This document shows, piece by piece, positions 1 through 8,130 of a stretch of DNA of 64,000 nucleotides. Numbering within the stretch: the first letter of the stretch is position 1; every line of letters starts with the position of its first letter. The stretch lies in contig CAMBFC010000001.1 of assembly GCA_945865905.1 (NCBI GenBank), positions 174,127 through 238,126 on the forward strand, read 5' to 3'. Source of the DNA: Rickettsia typhi. GTDB lineage: Bacteria > Pseudomonadota > Alphaproteobacteria > Rickettsiales > UBA1997. The translations under genes were made by a program, and so were the position numbers. The notes under the pieces were generated by a model. That model was not told the origin of the DNA. It made no database searches and saw nothing but the letters and a program-made list of their open reading frames with translations.

Positions 1-527
1 TTTATCGCATTGTGGCAATAGTTTCAATGCCCCAAACCGCCTTTGCTGCCAATGGCGCAGGAGTTAAAAGCTCGGTGATGTTTTTGCGTAAACATAAGCA
101 AAAAACTACAGATAAAATTGTTGCACAAAAAACTTTGCTAAAAGATAAATTAAAAAAAGAGGCTAATTTTTATGATAAAATTGAAGCTTTAGAAAAAGAA
201 AAATTGCAGCAAGTAAAAAAGCTAGAAGCTCAAACAAAAAACAAAAATTTCAAGGCCGATAAAAAAGAAATTGCCACTTTGGTCAAAGAAGAAAAAGAAG
301 CTTTACAAAATGAATTTAATAACAAGATTAACTTGGTAAAAGAAGAGCTTTCTGAAAAATATTTTAGCGAAAAACAGAAGATTTTAGATGATTACCCAAT
401 CTTTATGGCGATAGCTGAAGATATTGGCTATGATGCTACAGGGCGGCAGACTGGAAAGAATGAGTTGGTTGAAATATCAGAAGAATTAAGCAGATTTATT
501 GCACAAATTAAAAGCGACGAAGTATGA
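1..527 (+). CDS. hsdM: Type I R-M methyltransferase subunit HsdM, C-terminal part (5' end off-window)
   Basis: The frame is open from the window edge. YRIVAIVSMPQTAF..GAGVKSSVMFLRK resembles the region after the catalytic motif of N6-adenine HsdM proteins. A Lys-rich coiled coil follows, then a PIFMAIAEDIGYDATGR tail. The stop overlaps the next start (ATGA at 524-527) and hsdS lies in the same operon. Confidence 0.7.
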   Translation, partial: YRIVAIVSMPQTAFAANGAGVKSSVMFLRKHKQKTTDKIVAQKTLLKDKLKKEANFYDKIEALEKEKLQQVKKLEAQTKNKNFKADKKEIATLVKEEKEALQNEFNNKINLVKEELSEKYFSEKQKILDDYPIFMAIAEDIGYDATGRQTGKNELVEISEELSRFIAQIKSDEV

Positions 528-2107
528 TAATTAGAGGAATTTTAGACAGATCTCTAAGTAATCAAATCTGCATTCGCGGCTTCGCTAGAATTAAAGAATT
601 AGCAAGAATATCAAAAGCAAATCCAGAGTACCAAAGAGAGCTTATGGATAAACAAAAAAGTGATATTTCGAACTTTCTTACTAAGGAAAATTATCTCTTT
701 TTTCCAGAAGTCATTCTTAGCTTAAAATTAAAATATGACTCCACGGCAAAAAAAGCAAAAACCGATAAAACTCCAATTCAATCGGTTGAAGAAGGGGGGG
801 CTTTTACATCCAACATTGATGGCATTTCAATTACACGAATTAATAAGAAAAGTCGCATAATCCCCGCTGCCGATATTAGTGGAAAAAGTGAAATAGTTAT
901 TGTAGAAATCGAGATTTCTGAAGCAAAAATTGTGGAATTAATAAATGCGAATGAACATCCATTACACCGTATTGATGGCAACCATAGATTAAGCGCAGCA
1001 GAACAAATTAAAGAAGATTATCGAATCGAAAGAATGGACATACCATTTTGCATAGTCTTGCTAGAAGAGGTGACCTCATTAAAATTCAACCCAGAAACAA
1101 AGCTAGAAGAGAAGTTTACTGATAAAAAATACGAGAAATTCGAGAGGGTGGTATTTTACAATATAAACTCGAAATCAGAGCCTTTGACTTTAGAGCAGAA
1201 CCTGAAAGCTATTATTGACGACGGAAAAAATTTTGATGACGAAGAATTAAAAAGAATTTTTGGCATTAGCGGCCTACTTGCTAGAAAATTAATCAATAGG
1301 GTATCCCTAGATAGATTTAGTGGAATAAGTCACTTAATTAATCCTAGCCTTAGAAATCTTAGTAAAACTATATTTGAAGCACTAAAGGAAGCTTTGGAGA
1401 AAGAAAGTGAAGATGCAAAGGTAGAAATGGTTTTTGAATCATTTAAAGCTGTTGAACAACTCTATTTGTCAGAACAAAAATTAAGAAACAACAATAGCGA
1501 AGGTCTATTTACAGCCTTTCTGTATTACAACATCATAGATAAAGCTAAGTACAGTTTTTTCAAAGAATGGGTACTAGATAATCACATTTTCGACATAAAA
1601 GAAGCTAAATATCAAACGCTGATTGAGATTTTTGATAAACTCTCAGACCAAAATATTAAGGTGTTTGTAGCAATGCCCTTTTTTAGTAAACCAGAAGTAG
1701 AATCTTACAATCAAGCCTATCAAAGAGTGATTGATAGAATAAGAAAAGCCAATGAAACGATAAAAATAGCTCTTTATCCAATAATGCAGGATGCTGGCGA
1801 GACTTATAACATTTCCAACCAAATGATCGAACAAATAAAAAACTGCACAATTTTTATTGCCGATATAAGCTTGGGCAATGCAAATGTAGCTTTTGAATTG
1901 GGATATGCGAAGAATGCTGGTAAATCGGTTATTATGATAAAAAGAAATAATGATGATACAAAAACGCCTTTTGATTACGCTCAAGATCTACACTGTAACT
2001 ACGATGAAAAAGCCATTCACACGCTAGAAGACGTTTTATTTAAGAACATAAAGAAAATTCTTCAAGAAAGAGGTTTTATATTAAAGGGAGATGGCCATGA
2101 AAAGTAA
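524..2107 (+). CDS. Fusion protein: N-terminal ParB/DGQHR (DndB-like) domain plus C-terminal nucleoside 2-deoxyribosyltransferase-like/TIR-like domain
   Basis: N-terminus has YQREL..FFPEVILS and HRIDGNHRLSA (DGNHR at nt 974-988). C-terminus (aa ~379-527, nt ~1658-2104) has VFVAMPFF...IFIADISLGNANVAFELGYAKNAGKSVIMI...TPFDY, the pattern of NDT-fold/TIR-like proteins. The gene overlaps the hsdM stop and the hsdS start. Confidence 0.6.
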   Translation: MIIRGILDRSLSNQICIRGFARIKELARISKANPEYQRELMDKQKSDISNFLTKENYLFFPEVILSLKLKYDSTAKKAKTDKTPIQSVEEGGAFTSNIDGISITRINKKSRIIPAADISGKSEIVIVEIEISEAKIVELINANEHPLHRIDGNHRLSAAEQIKEDYRIERMDIPFCIVLLEEVTSLKFNPETKLEEKFTDKKYEKFERVVFYNINSKSEPLTLEQNLKAIIDDGKNFDDEELKRIFGISGLLARKLINRVSLDRFSGISHLINPSLRNLSKTIFEALKEALEKESEDAKVEMVFESFKAVEQLYLSEQKLRNNNSEGLFTAFLYYNIIDKAKYSFFKEWVLDNHIFDIKEAKYQTLIEIFDKLSDQNIKVFVAMPFFSKPEVESYNQAYQRVIDRIRKANETIKIALYPIMQDAGETYNISNQMIEQIKNCTIFIADISLGNANVAFELGYAKNAGKSVIMIKRNNDDTKTPFDYAQDLHCNYDEKAIHTLEDVLFKNIKKILQERGFILKGDGHEK

Positions 2108-3512
2108 TTTTGTCATATCTAAAACATTGGACAATAATAAGGTTTTTATAATCGACAACAGCAAGTTAGAAAGGCGACTCGATCCAAGCTGGTATTGCTA
2201 TTTAAGAAGCATTGAACAATTCAAGTGTAAAAAAGTTTTACTAAAAAATCTCTTGCTAAAAAATCCACAATACGGAGCTAATGAATCTGGAATAGAGCGC
2301 AAACACATAGACGAACCTAGATACATCAGAATTACTGACATCAATGATTTTGGCGAATTGGATAAGGATATAGGAAAAACAGCCTCAAAAATTGAAGAAA
2401 AATATTTTGTAGAAAAAAATGATCTATTGCTAGCCAGAAGCGGCAATACTGTAGGCAAATCTTACTTGCACAAAGATGTCGGTTATCAATGTTTTTTTGC
2501 TGGCTACATGATTCGCTTCAAGATTGATGAATCAAAAGCCCTGCCCGATTATGTTTTTACCTTTACCCAAACCAAGATTTACAAAAACTGGATCAATGCA
2601 ATTCAACGCACAACTGGACAGCCGAATATCAACGCTGAGGAGTATAAAAATTTAGAAATACCCTTGCCTTCAATTGAGATTCAGAAAAAAATTGCTGATA
2701 CTTATTTTGGATTTTTAAGACAGAAAAAACAAAACGAAGCAGAGGCAGAAAAACTTCTCGCCAGTATTGATGATTATTTGATGGCAGAGCTTGGTATTAA
2801 CTTTCCTAAACAGCCTGATAATAACCTAAAAAACAGAATGTTTTTCACTTCATTAAATAATATTTCGGGAGATAGATTTGATCCGTTTTATCATAAAATT
2901 GACTTCATAAAAACAATCGAACAAATCAAAAAAGGTAAATTTAAAGCCTGTCCATTTAAAAATATAATTTTAGATCTAAAAAATGGCGTTGAAATAAGAG
3001 ATTATGTAGATGATGGTATTAGGTATATGAGAGTTACTGATCTAGGAAAGAACGGCATTAACAACTCCTCAAAAAAATTTATTGCTCACCAAGAAATACC
3101 AGAGAAAATAAAATTAAACGATGATTGTATTTTAATTTCTCGCTCTGGTTCTCTAGGATTGGTTAATGTTGTAGAAAATGATATCAAAAACTCGATATTG
3201 TCCTCTCATATCTTTAAAGTCGAACTAATGACTGATAAAGTTTATACAAAATATTTAGAGGCTTATTTTAGGAGCTCACTAGGGCAATTGCAATTTTTTA
3301 GAAAAAACAACGGAGGAGTAATTCCTGAAATAAATCAAGATGCTTTAAAATCCATTATAATTCCCCTCCCACCCCTCACCAAACAAACCGAAATCGCTAA
3401 CCACATTTCCAAAATAAGACAAAAAGCCCAATCGCTAAAAGATCACACCACCATTGCCTTAGAAAAAGCCAACAAAGAAATTGAAAATATATTACTTGGC
3501 AACAAATCTTAA
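2091..3512 (+). CDS. hsdS: Type I R-M specificity subunit HsdS (two target-recognition domains)
   Basis: TGQPNINAEEYKNLEIPLPSIEIQKKIA central conserved region and IIPLPPLTKQTEIANHISKIRQKA C-terminal conserved region. The duplicated TRD layout is typical of HsdS. Confidence 0.9.
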   Translation: MAMKSNFVISKTLDNNKVFIIDNSKLERRLDPSWYCYLRSIEQFKCKKVLLKNLLLKNPQYGANESGIERKHIDEPRYIRITDINDFGELDKDIGKTASKIEEKYFVEKNDLLLARSGNTVGKSYLHKDVGYQCFFAGYMIRFKIDESKALPDYVFTFTQTKIYKNWINAIQRTTGQPNINAEEYKNLEIPLPSIEIQKKIADTYFGFLRQKKQNEAEAEKLLASIDDYLMAELGINFPKQPDNNLKNRMFFTSLNNISGDRFDPFYHKIDFIKTIEQIKKGKFKACPFKNIILDLKNGVEIRDYVDDGIRYMRVTDLGKNGINNSSKKFIAHQEIPEKIKLNDDCILISRSGSLGLVNVVENDIKNSILSSHIFKVELMTDKVYTKYLEAYFRSSLGQLQFFRKNNGGVIPEINQDALKSIIIPLPPLTKQTEIANHISKIRQKAQSLKDHTTIALEKANKEIENILLGNKS

Positions 3513-4627
3513 TTTTTTGCATTTTCTAAGCCCTCAATTTTCTTCATCATAACTTTAAGCATTAAACTAGTTTCACTTTCCGCCACCTCGCCTTTCTTAA
3601 ACTTCAGCCCCTTCACGATCTCGCCCTGCCTAAACTCATCAACATAACCGTAGCTCGTAAAAGTGGTCAAAACATTATCATGCCCCAGATTCTGACTATA
3701 AGCTTTAAACTCCTCCGGACTAGCACAAAACCTAGATGCAAGCATCGTTAGCGTATTTCTAAATGTATGTGGGGAGTAATATTTTAAACCAGCATTTTCA
3801 AAGGCAAATTTTACAATCTCGTCAATAGTATTAATGCTATGCAGATGGTTTTTCGATAAATACTCTTTGGTAAATCCGCCATTGCCATCATATTTGTTTT
3901 CAATCGCAGGAAAAAGCGGATCACTCGGCGAGAATAATTTCTCTTCTCGCAAAAATCTTACCCAATCAAAAAAGCAAGATTTTATCTCATCATCAACATT
4001 AATAAAATAAGTCGTGATCTGTTTTTTGCGCTTAGTATTAACCTCGCGCGGGTCTTGGTCAATAAGGCCTCTATCGAGATCAACATGCTTTAATTTTAGC
4101 GATATTAAAGCACTAACCCTTACTCCCGTAAGGGTTAGGAGAGAGAAAATAGCTTTATTTCTTTTTTCAATTTCATTGCCAATTGGCATTTTATCTATCG
4201 CCAACTTAATTTGCTCTAAACTCGCAAAATCTCTTGGCTTTCCTGCCTTTGCCTCTCTTTTATCATTCTCAGAAAGGTTAAAATTCTCAATCATTGGAAA
4301 GTTGATTTTTCTATAACCACTCTGCACCGACAACCAAATAAAAAAATCCTTCAGATTGTTAATTACCGATAGAAGCGAAGACTTGCTAATGTTTTCATTA
4401 GTAATCTTAGATTTAGAATTGGCAAATCGCTTTTTAAACTCGCTCGCCTGCTTTGGTGAAAAACTTTTGAAATCTTTAAAGTCGGTAAATTCCTCAAATC
4501 TGGCAATGGATTTCTTAACTTGAGTAATGGTTTTATCACTTAAGCCCTTAGCTTCTTTTAGGTGAAAAAAATATTTTCTTTTCACTCTTTCGTTTTCAGA
4601 ATTAATTTTGATTTTTGTTGCTTGCAT
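3509..4627 (-). CDS. Tyrosine recombinase / phage-type integrase
   Basis: C-terminal catalytic region TGVRVSAL...HTFRNTLTML...LGHDNVLTTFTSYGYV supplies the R..H-x-x-R..Y residues. The ORF extends to 4660, but MQATKIK at 4627 is the likelier start. It is convergent with hsdS with a 4-nt overlap. Confidence 0.85.
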   Translation of the reverse strand: MQATKIKINSENERVKRKYFFHLKEAKGLSDKTITQVKKSIARFEEFTDFKDFKSFSPKQASEFKKRFANSKSKITNENISKSSLLSVINNLKDFFIWLSVQSGYRKINFPMIENFNLSENDKREAKAGKPRDFASLEQIKLAIDKMPIGNEIEKRNKAIFSLLTLTGVRVSALISLKLKHVDLDRGLIDQDPREVNTKRKKQITTYFINVDDEIKSCFFDWVRFLREEKLFSPSDPLFPAIENKYDGNGGFTKEYLSKNHLHSINTIDEIVKFAFENAGLKYYSPHTFRNTLTMLASRFCASPEEFKAYSQNLGHDNVLTTFTSYGYVDEFRQGEIVKGLKFKKGEVAESETSLMLKVMMKKIEGLENAKN

Positions 4628-4685
4628 TTTGTTGATAAATTGAAGGTTAAAAAAGAACAAATAGAACTATAGCATAGACAACCTA

Positions 4686-5138
4686 TTAGGTGTTAACTTG
4701 ACAGTTAACAGATAAAACAAAAAATTGCCTAACTTCGCTCAACTTTCCTAAAGAATATTTTCGAGTCATAGAAGTTTCACAGACAACACATTTACTTTTT
4801 AGGTGCATAATCTTGTCATTTTCGTTAATTACAATTGCTTGACCTTCTAAAGCCTTTCTAGGCTCTCGACACTTGAAGCAAAACATCTCTTCAAAGCAAC
4901 AATGCTTCTTACCAGCCTTTTGCTTTGCGGTTAAAAAATCTCGCAAATCTTCGCAATGAACCATTATCGGCGTTTTACCATCAATAATTTTCAAGCCATT
5001 TTTTAGCCAATATCGCGCCGTTGTTTCGCAAATATTATACAACTCTCGCACTTCGCTAATGCTGTAGGAAGTATTGCTTTCAATCAGTCTGGGATTGAAT
5101 TTGCGCTTGTAAGATTTTAGCTTTATTTTCTTTGTCAT
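4686..5138 (-). CDS. HTH plus Zn-ribbon (CxxC...CxxC) DNA-binding protein, mobile-element associated
   Basis: YSISEVRELYNICETTARYWLKNGL looks like an HTH. CFKCREPR...CVVCETS is a pair of CxxC motifs. I recognise no specific family. Confidence 0.5.
   Translation of the reverse strand: MTKKIKLKSYKRKFNPRLIESNTSYSISEVRELYNICETTARYWLKNGLKIIDGKTPIMVHCEDLRDFLTAKQKAGKKHCCFEEMFCFKCREPRKALEGQAIVINENDKIMHLKSKCVVCETSMTRKYSLGKLSEVRQFFVLSVNCQVNT
4691..4710. promoter_or_regulatory. Inverted-repeat operator candidate TGTTAAC-N6-GTTAACA upstream of the integrase
   Basis: Perfect 7-bp arms. It lies in the last codons of ORF 4686..5138, about 65-85 nt upstream of the integrase ATG at 4627. Confidence 0.4.
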
Positions 5139-5140
5139 AA

Positions 5141-5356
5141 TTAAAAATTTAAGTTTTTTCTGATTTTATCAAAATCGGTTTCATGCTTTCTGATCCACTC
5201 ATTAAAAGCATCTATTCTATACAAAATCCGCTTTCCTAACTTGGTTCGCGGCGCGCCCTTTCTCCTAGAGGCATCCGTTCTTAAGGTTGGAATGGTTTTG
5301 TTTAGAATTTTTGAGACTTCCTCTTCGGTGTAGTAATCATCTAATGTATTTGACAT
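5141..5356 (-). CDS. Excisionase/AlpA-like small HTH protein
   Basis: 71 aa. YYTEEEVSKILNKTIPTLRTDASRRKGAPRTKLGKRILYRIDAFNEWI matches the AlpA/Xis-type helix-turn-helix layout. Located between the integrase and the regulatory module. Confidence 0.6.
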   Translation of the reverse strand: MSNTLDDYYTEEEVSKILNKTIPTLRTDASRRKGAPRTKLGKRILYRIDAFNEWIRKHETDFDKIRKNLNF

Positions 5357-5366
5357 TTTGTAAAAG

Positions 5367-5386
5367 TGTTTAGTTAATAGTTAACA
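5367..5386. promoter_or_regulatory. Operator candidate TGTTTAG-N6-GTTAACA upstream of the Xis-like gene
   Basis: The right half-site is identical to the other two sites and the left half matches 5/7. It lies 11-30 nt upstream of the start at 5356. Confidence 0.3.
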
Positions 5387-5402
5387 ATAAAAGCAAAAAA
5401 TT

Positions 5403-5987
5403 TTAATAACTCAAATCAAGTAAGCCTAGATATTTCAACCTATAAACCAAAGCCTCTCTTGATACTCTAAAAAATTTCATCATCTCGCCCAATACCTCTT
5501 TGATGGGGCAATTGTGATCAATTTCATTCCATTTTTTTATCATTACCTCTTTAGGCATTAAAATATATGCCGCAAACATATTTGCCTGCATTTCAAGCGC
5601 CTCCGTTCTTGGATCCGTAATATCATGAAATAAAGCCACATTTTCAGCTTTGCGATATTGCGGCCTGTGAAAGAAATAATGCCCACCTTCATGAGCAATC
5701 GTGTAATTGCATCGAGCTTCTTTTGTAAAATCTTCTTCTTCGGTATGATTCAAGCTTTCATCAAGCCAAATCGTTTTACCATCTAAATCTAAAGCCCCCA
5801 AAACTCCTTTAAAATCTTTATTCAAATCTGTAAAAAAGATTTTGAGCCTAAAAATCTTTTCAACAATCAAATCAATTGGCGTTGCGCTATCAAAGTTGTA
5901 AAATCCTCTCTTTTGCGCTTTTTGCAAAACTTCATTCGCCTTTCTTTCAAGAACTTCTGGCGTGCGAAAGCTAACTCCTTTTTCCAT
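5403..5987 (-). CDS. ImmA/IrrE-family zinc metallopeptidase
   Basis: HEGGHYFFH (HExxH) motif. It overlaps the upstream XRE gene by 17 nt, the typical ImmR-ImmA arrangement. Confidence 0.8.
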   Translation of the reverse strand: MEKGVSFRTPEVLERKANEVLQKAQKRGFYNFDSATPIDLIVEKIFRLKIFFTDLNKDFKGVLGALDLDGKTIWLDESLNHTEEEDFTKEARCNYTIAHEGGHYFFHRPQYRKAENVALFHDITDPRTEALEMQANMFAAYILMPKEVMIKKWNEIDHNCPIKEVLGEMMKFFRVSREALVYRLKYLGLLDLSY

Positions 5988-6333
5988 TTTTCTTGGCCTC
6001 CAGATCCTGCATAAATTTTTCTACATCTTCTTTTTTTACTCTACGCAAAAATGCCGCATATAGTTGAGGCTCGCGACCTATAATCTCTCCAAGATCAGAA
6101 GGGATTTTTCCAGCCATCGCCACTAATTTGTCTTCATTAACGCCGAGTATTTTTGCCATTTTTTTAATATTCTCTTCTTTCGGCGCCGCATATTCCCCCA
6201 CCTCCATTTTACTGATATAAGTGGCACTTATTCCGACTTTAGTTGCAAACTCTCTCAAGCCGATATTGAGATCAAGTCTGGTTTTTCTTACGAAATCACC
6301 AAAGTTTGACTTCTTCAATTTTTTATTAGGCAT
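5971..6333 (-). CDS. XRE-family HTH transcriptional regulator (ImmR-like)
   Basis: FGDFVRKTRLDLNIGLREFATKVGISATYISKMEVG is a canonical Cro/C1-type HTH. Confidence 0.8.
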   Translation of the reverse strand: MPNKKLKKSNFGDFVRKTRLDLNIGLREFATKVGISATYISKMEVGEYAAPKEENIKKMAKILGVNEDKLVAMAGKIPSDLGEIIGREPQLYAAFLRRVKKEDVEKFMQDLEAKKNGKRS

Positions 6334-6443
6334 AATAATTATTTATTTTGTTTTAGAGAAACACGCATTGATCCAGTAATCTCAGCAACTCTACCAATTA
6401 CTAAAATGCAGTGTTAAGGTAATACTAAACAGTAAATGTTAAG

Positions 6444-6463
6444 TGTCAACTAGAAAGTTAACA
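6444..6463. promoter_or_regulatory. Operator candidate TGTCAAC-N6-GTTAACA upstream of the XRE gene
   Basis: 6/7 plus 7/7 match to the 4691 site. It lies ~110-130 nt upstream of the XRE start at 6333. The flank AGTTAACAATAAA is shared with the 5379 site. Confidence 0.4.
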
Positions 6464-6574
6464 ATAAATGAAGATGTATTTTGAAGTAAAGCGAAATTAT
6501 GTTAATTAACGGACACCAGACGGACACGAGATTGCAAACTTAAACCTCTAAAACTTACCAGCCCTACAGCTGAT

Positions 6575-6650
6575 TGGTGGACTCGGGCGGATTCGAACCG
6601 CCGACCTACTGATTAAGAGTCAGCTGCTCTACCAACTGAGCTACGAGTCC
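6575..6650 (-). tRNA. tRNA-Lys (anticodon CTT), CCA encoded
   Basis: The reverse complement reads GGACTCGTAGCTCAGTTGGTAGAGCAGCTGACTCTTAATCAGTAGGTCGGCGGTTCGAATCCGCCCGAGTCCACCA. It folds as a cloverleaf with a 7-bp acceptor stem, a GTTCGAATC T-loop and anticodon loop CT-CTT-AA. Confidence 0.95.
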
Positions 6651-6703
6651 AATTTAGTAAAAAAATAAATCAAAGAATACAACTCTACAAACTTTCTACA
6701 TCT

Positions 6704-7225
6704 TTACAACCCTAATTGCGAGCCAACTTTTACTACCTTCCCTTCTTTCAAATCTTCAATAATTTTGAAAAAACTTTCTTTGGTTAAATCTTCAAAATAA
6801 TCATCATTAATTTGAATTACGGGAGCGTTGACACAAGCGCCCAAACACTCAACTTCTTTGAGAGTGAACATGCCATCTTTAGTGGTTTCTTCCATACCAA
6901 TTCCCAATTTTTCTTTGGTAACTTTCATCAACTCATCAATGCCGCGAAGCATACAGGGCGTGGTTTTGCAGAACTGGATGAGATATTTTCCTACGGGTTT
7001 TAAATTATACATCGAATAAAAACTCGCCACTTCATAAACACGAATTTCGGGGATTTCGATAACCTTAGCAACCGCTTCAATCACATCGCGCGAGATGTAA
7101 TTTTCGTTTTGTCTTTGCGCTAAATCAAGCAAAGGCATTACGGCAGATTTTTTTCTCGCCTCAGGATATTTTGCTAAAATTTCTACAACTGTTTTTTTGT
7201 TTTCTGCGTTAAATTCGAATGTCAT
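6704..7225 (-). CDS. nuoE: NADH-quinone oxidoreductase subunit E (24 kDa, 2Fe-2S)
   Basis: The Cys ligand pattern CKTTPCMLRG...CLGACVNAPV and overall length are typical of NuoE. Confidence 0.9.
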   Translation of the reverse strand: MTFEFNAENKKTVVEILAKYPEARKKSAVMPLLDLAQRQNENYISRDVIEAVAKVIEIPEIRVYEVASFYSMYNLKPVGKYLIQFCKTTPCMLRGIDELMKVTKEKLGIGMEETTKDGMFTLKEVECLGACVNAPVIQINDDYFEDLTKESFFKIIEDLKEGKVVKVGSQLGL

Positions 7226-7256
7226 TTTTTTAAATAAAAACTTGCGATTAATTTAA

Positions 7257-8036
7257 TTATTTTACTTTTTTCCAAACTAATTTTTTTGCCGCCAATAACA
7301 CAACTAGAAGCGCACCCAAGAAAATCATAGTGCGGATGCCCATTTTATTGCGACGCTCCATTTCTGGCTCTGCTGCCCATTGCAAAAAATTAACCACATC
7401 AATAACCATTTGCTCTTTGGTAGCGTAGGTTCCATCCTTGTAATCAACTTGACCATCATCAGAAATTGGTGCTGGCATTGCAATTTGCCGACCTTCAAAA
7501 TATGGGTTATAATTTTTGCCTTCAGTCATTGCAAAACCTTCTGGCGCCGTTGAATAGCCGGTTATTAAAGAATAAACATAATTTGGGCCATCATGACGCG
7601 CTTTGGTGATTAAAGAAAAATCTGGCGGAAGCGCTCCTCCATTCGATGCGCGGGCCGAGTTATCATTAGCGTATGGACCAACAAAACGATCCGATGGAAG
7701 CGCTGGGCGATCAAACATTTCGCCATCATCGTTCGGACCATCGCTGACACTATATTCTGCGGCGATTTGCTTAACTTCATCTTCAGAAAATCCAATTTCT
7801 TGTAAATTGCGATAGGCCACCAATTTTAAGCTATGGCAACTTGAGCAAATTTCTTTATAAACCTGAAAACCACGCTGAGCTGAGGCGCGATCTAGCGAAC
7901 CAAAAACACCATCAAAACTCCATTTCATTTGCTTGGGATGAAGCGCTGTAGTACTAAGAACCACTTCGCTTCCATGCTCGTTAGCAAAAGCAAATGTTGG
8001 GATTAAAAACGCAATTAGAATTAAAAATTTTTTCAT
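7257..8036 (-). CDS. petC: Cytochrome c1 of the bc1 complex
   Basis: Signal peptide, CSSCHS heme-binding motif and a C-terminal TM anchor. Follows petB. Confidence 0.9.
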   Translation of the reverse strand: MKKFLILIAFLIPTFAFANEHGSEVVLSTTALHPKQMKWSFDGVFGSLDRASAQRGFQVYKEICSSCHSLKLVAYRNLQEIGFSEDEVKQIAAEYSVSDGPNDDGEMFDRPALPSDRFVGPYANDNSARASNGGALPPDFSLITKARHDGPNYVYSLITGYSTAPEGFAMTEGKNYNPYFEGRQIAMPAPISDDGQVDYKDGTYATKEQMVIDVVNFLQWAAEPEMERRNKMGIRTMIFLGALLVVLLAAKKLVWKKVK

Positions 8037-8130
8037 TCTTAAAATAAATATTTATAACGCATAAAATTTTTCTGCAAAATCAATAATTTTGCCATTTTTT
8101 ACATTTACACCTTCTTTTTGCATCCATGTT

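Larger units (their letters stand above)
1..6574. mobile_element. Putative integrative (defence) island, right end at the tRNA-Lys 3' end; left end outside the window
   Basis: Recombinase, Xis-like, HTH/Zn-ribbon, ImmA-like and XRE genes plus R-M cargo lie directly next to the tRNA-Lys 3' end. Core respiratory genes start on the other side of the tRNA. No att direct repeat is visible inside the window. Confidence 0.5.

Noticed and set aside
12-527. The track ORF as a stand-alone Lys-rich coiled-coil protein starting at a GTG
   Set aside because: The frame is open to the window edge, and the first residues match the conserved region of HsdM-type methyltransferases. It is better read as the 3' part of a longer hsdM.
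2091-4660. A phase-variable hsdS shufflon driven by the adjacent tyrosine recombinase
   Set aside because: Only one hsdS is present. I saw no silent hsdS' cassette and no inverted repeats within hsdS. The recombinase fits better as the island integrase.
1-6574. A prophage
   Set aside because: Only integration and regulation genes and R-M cargo are present. No capsid, tail, terminase or lysis genes occur in the visible part.
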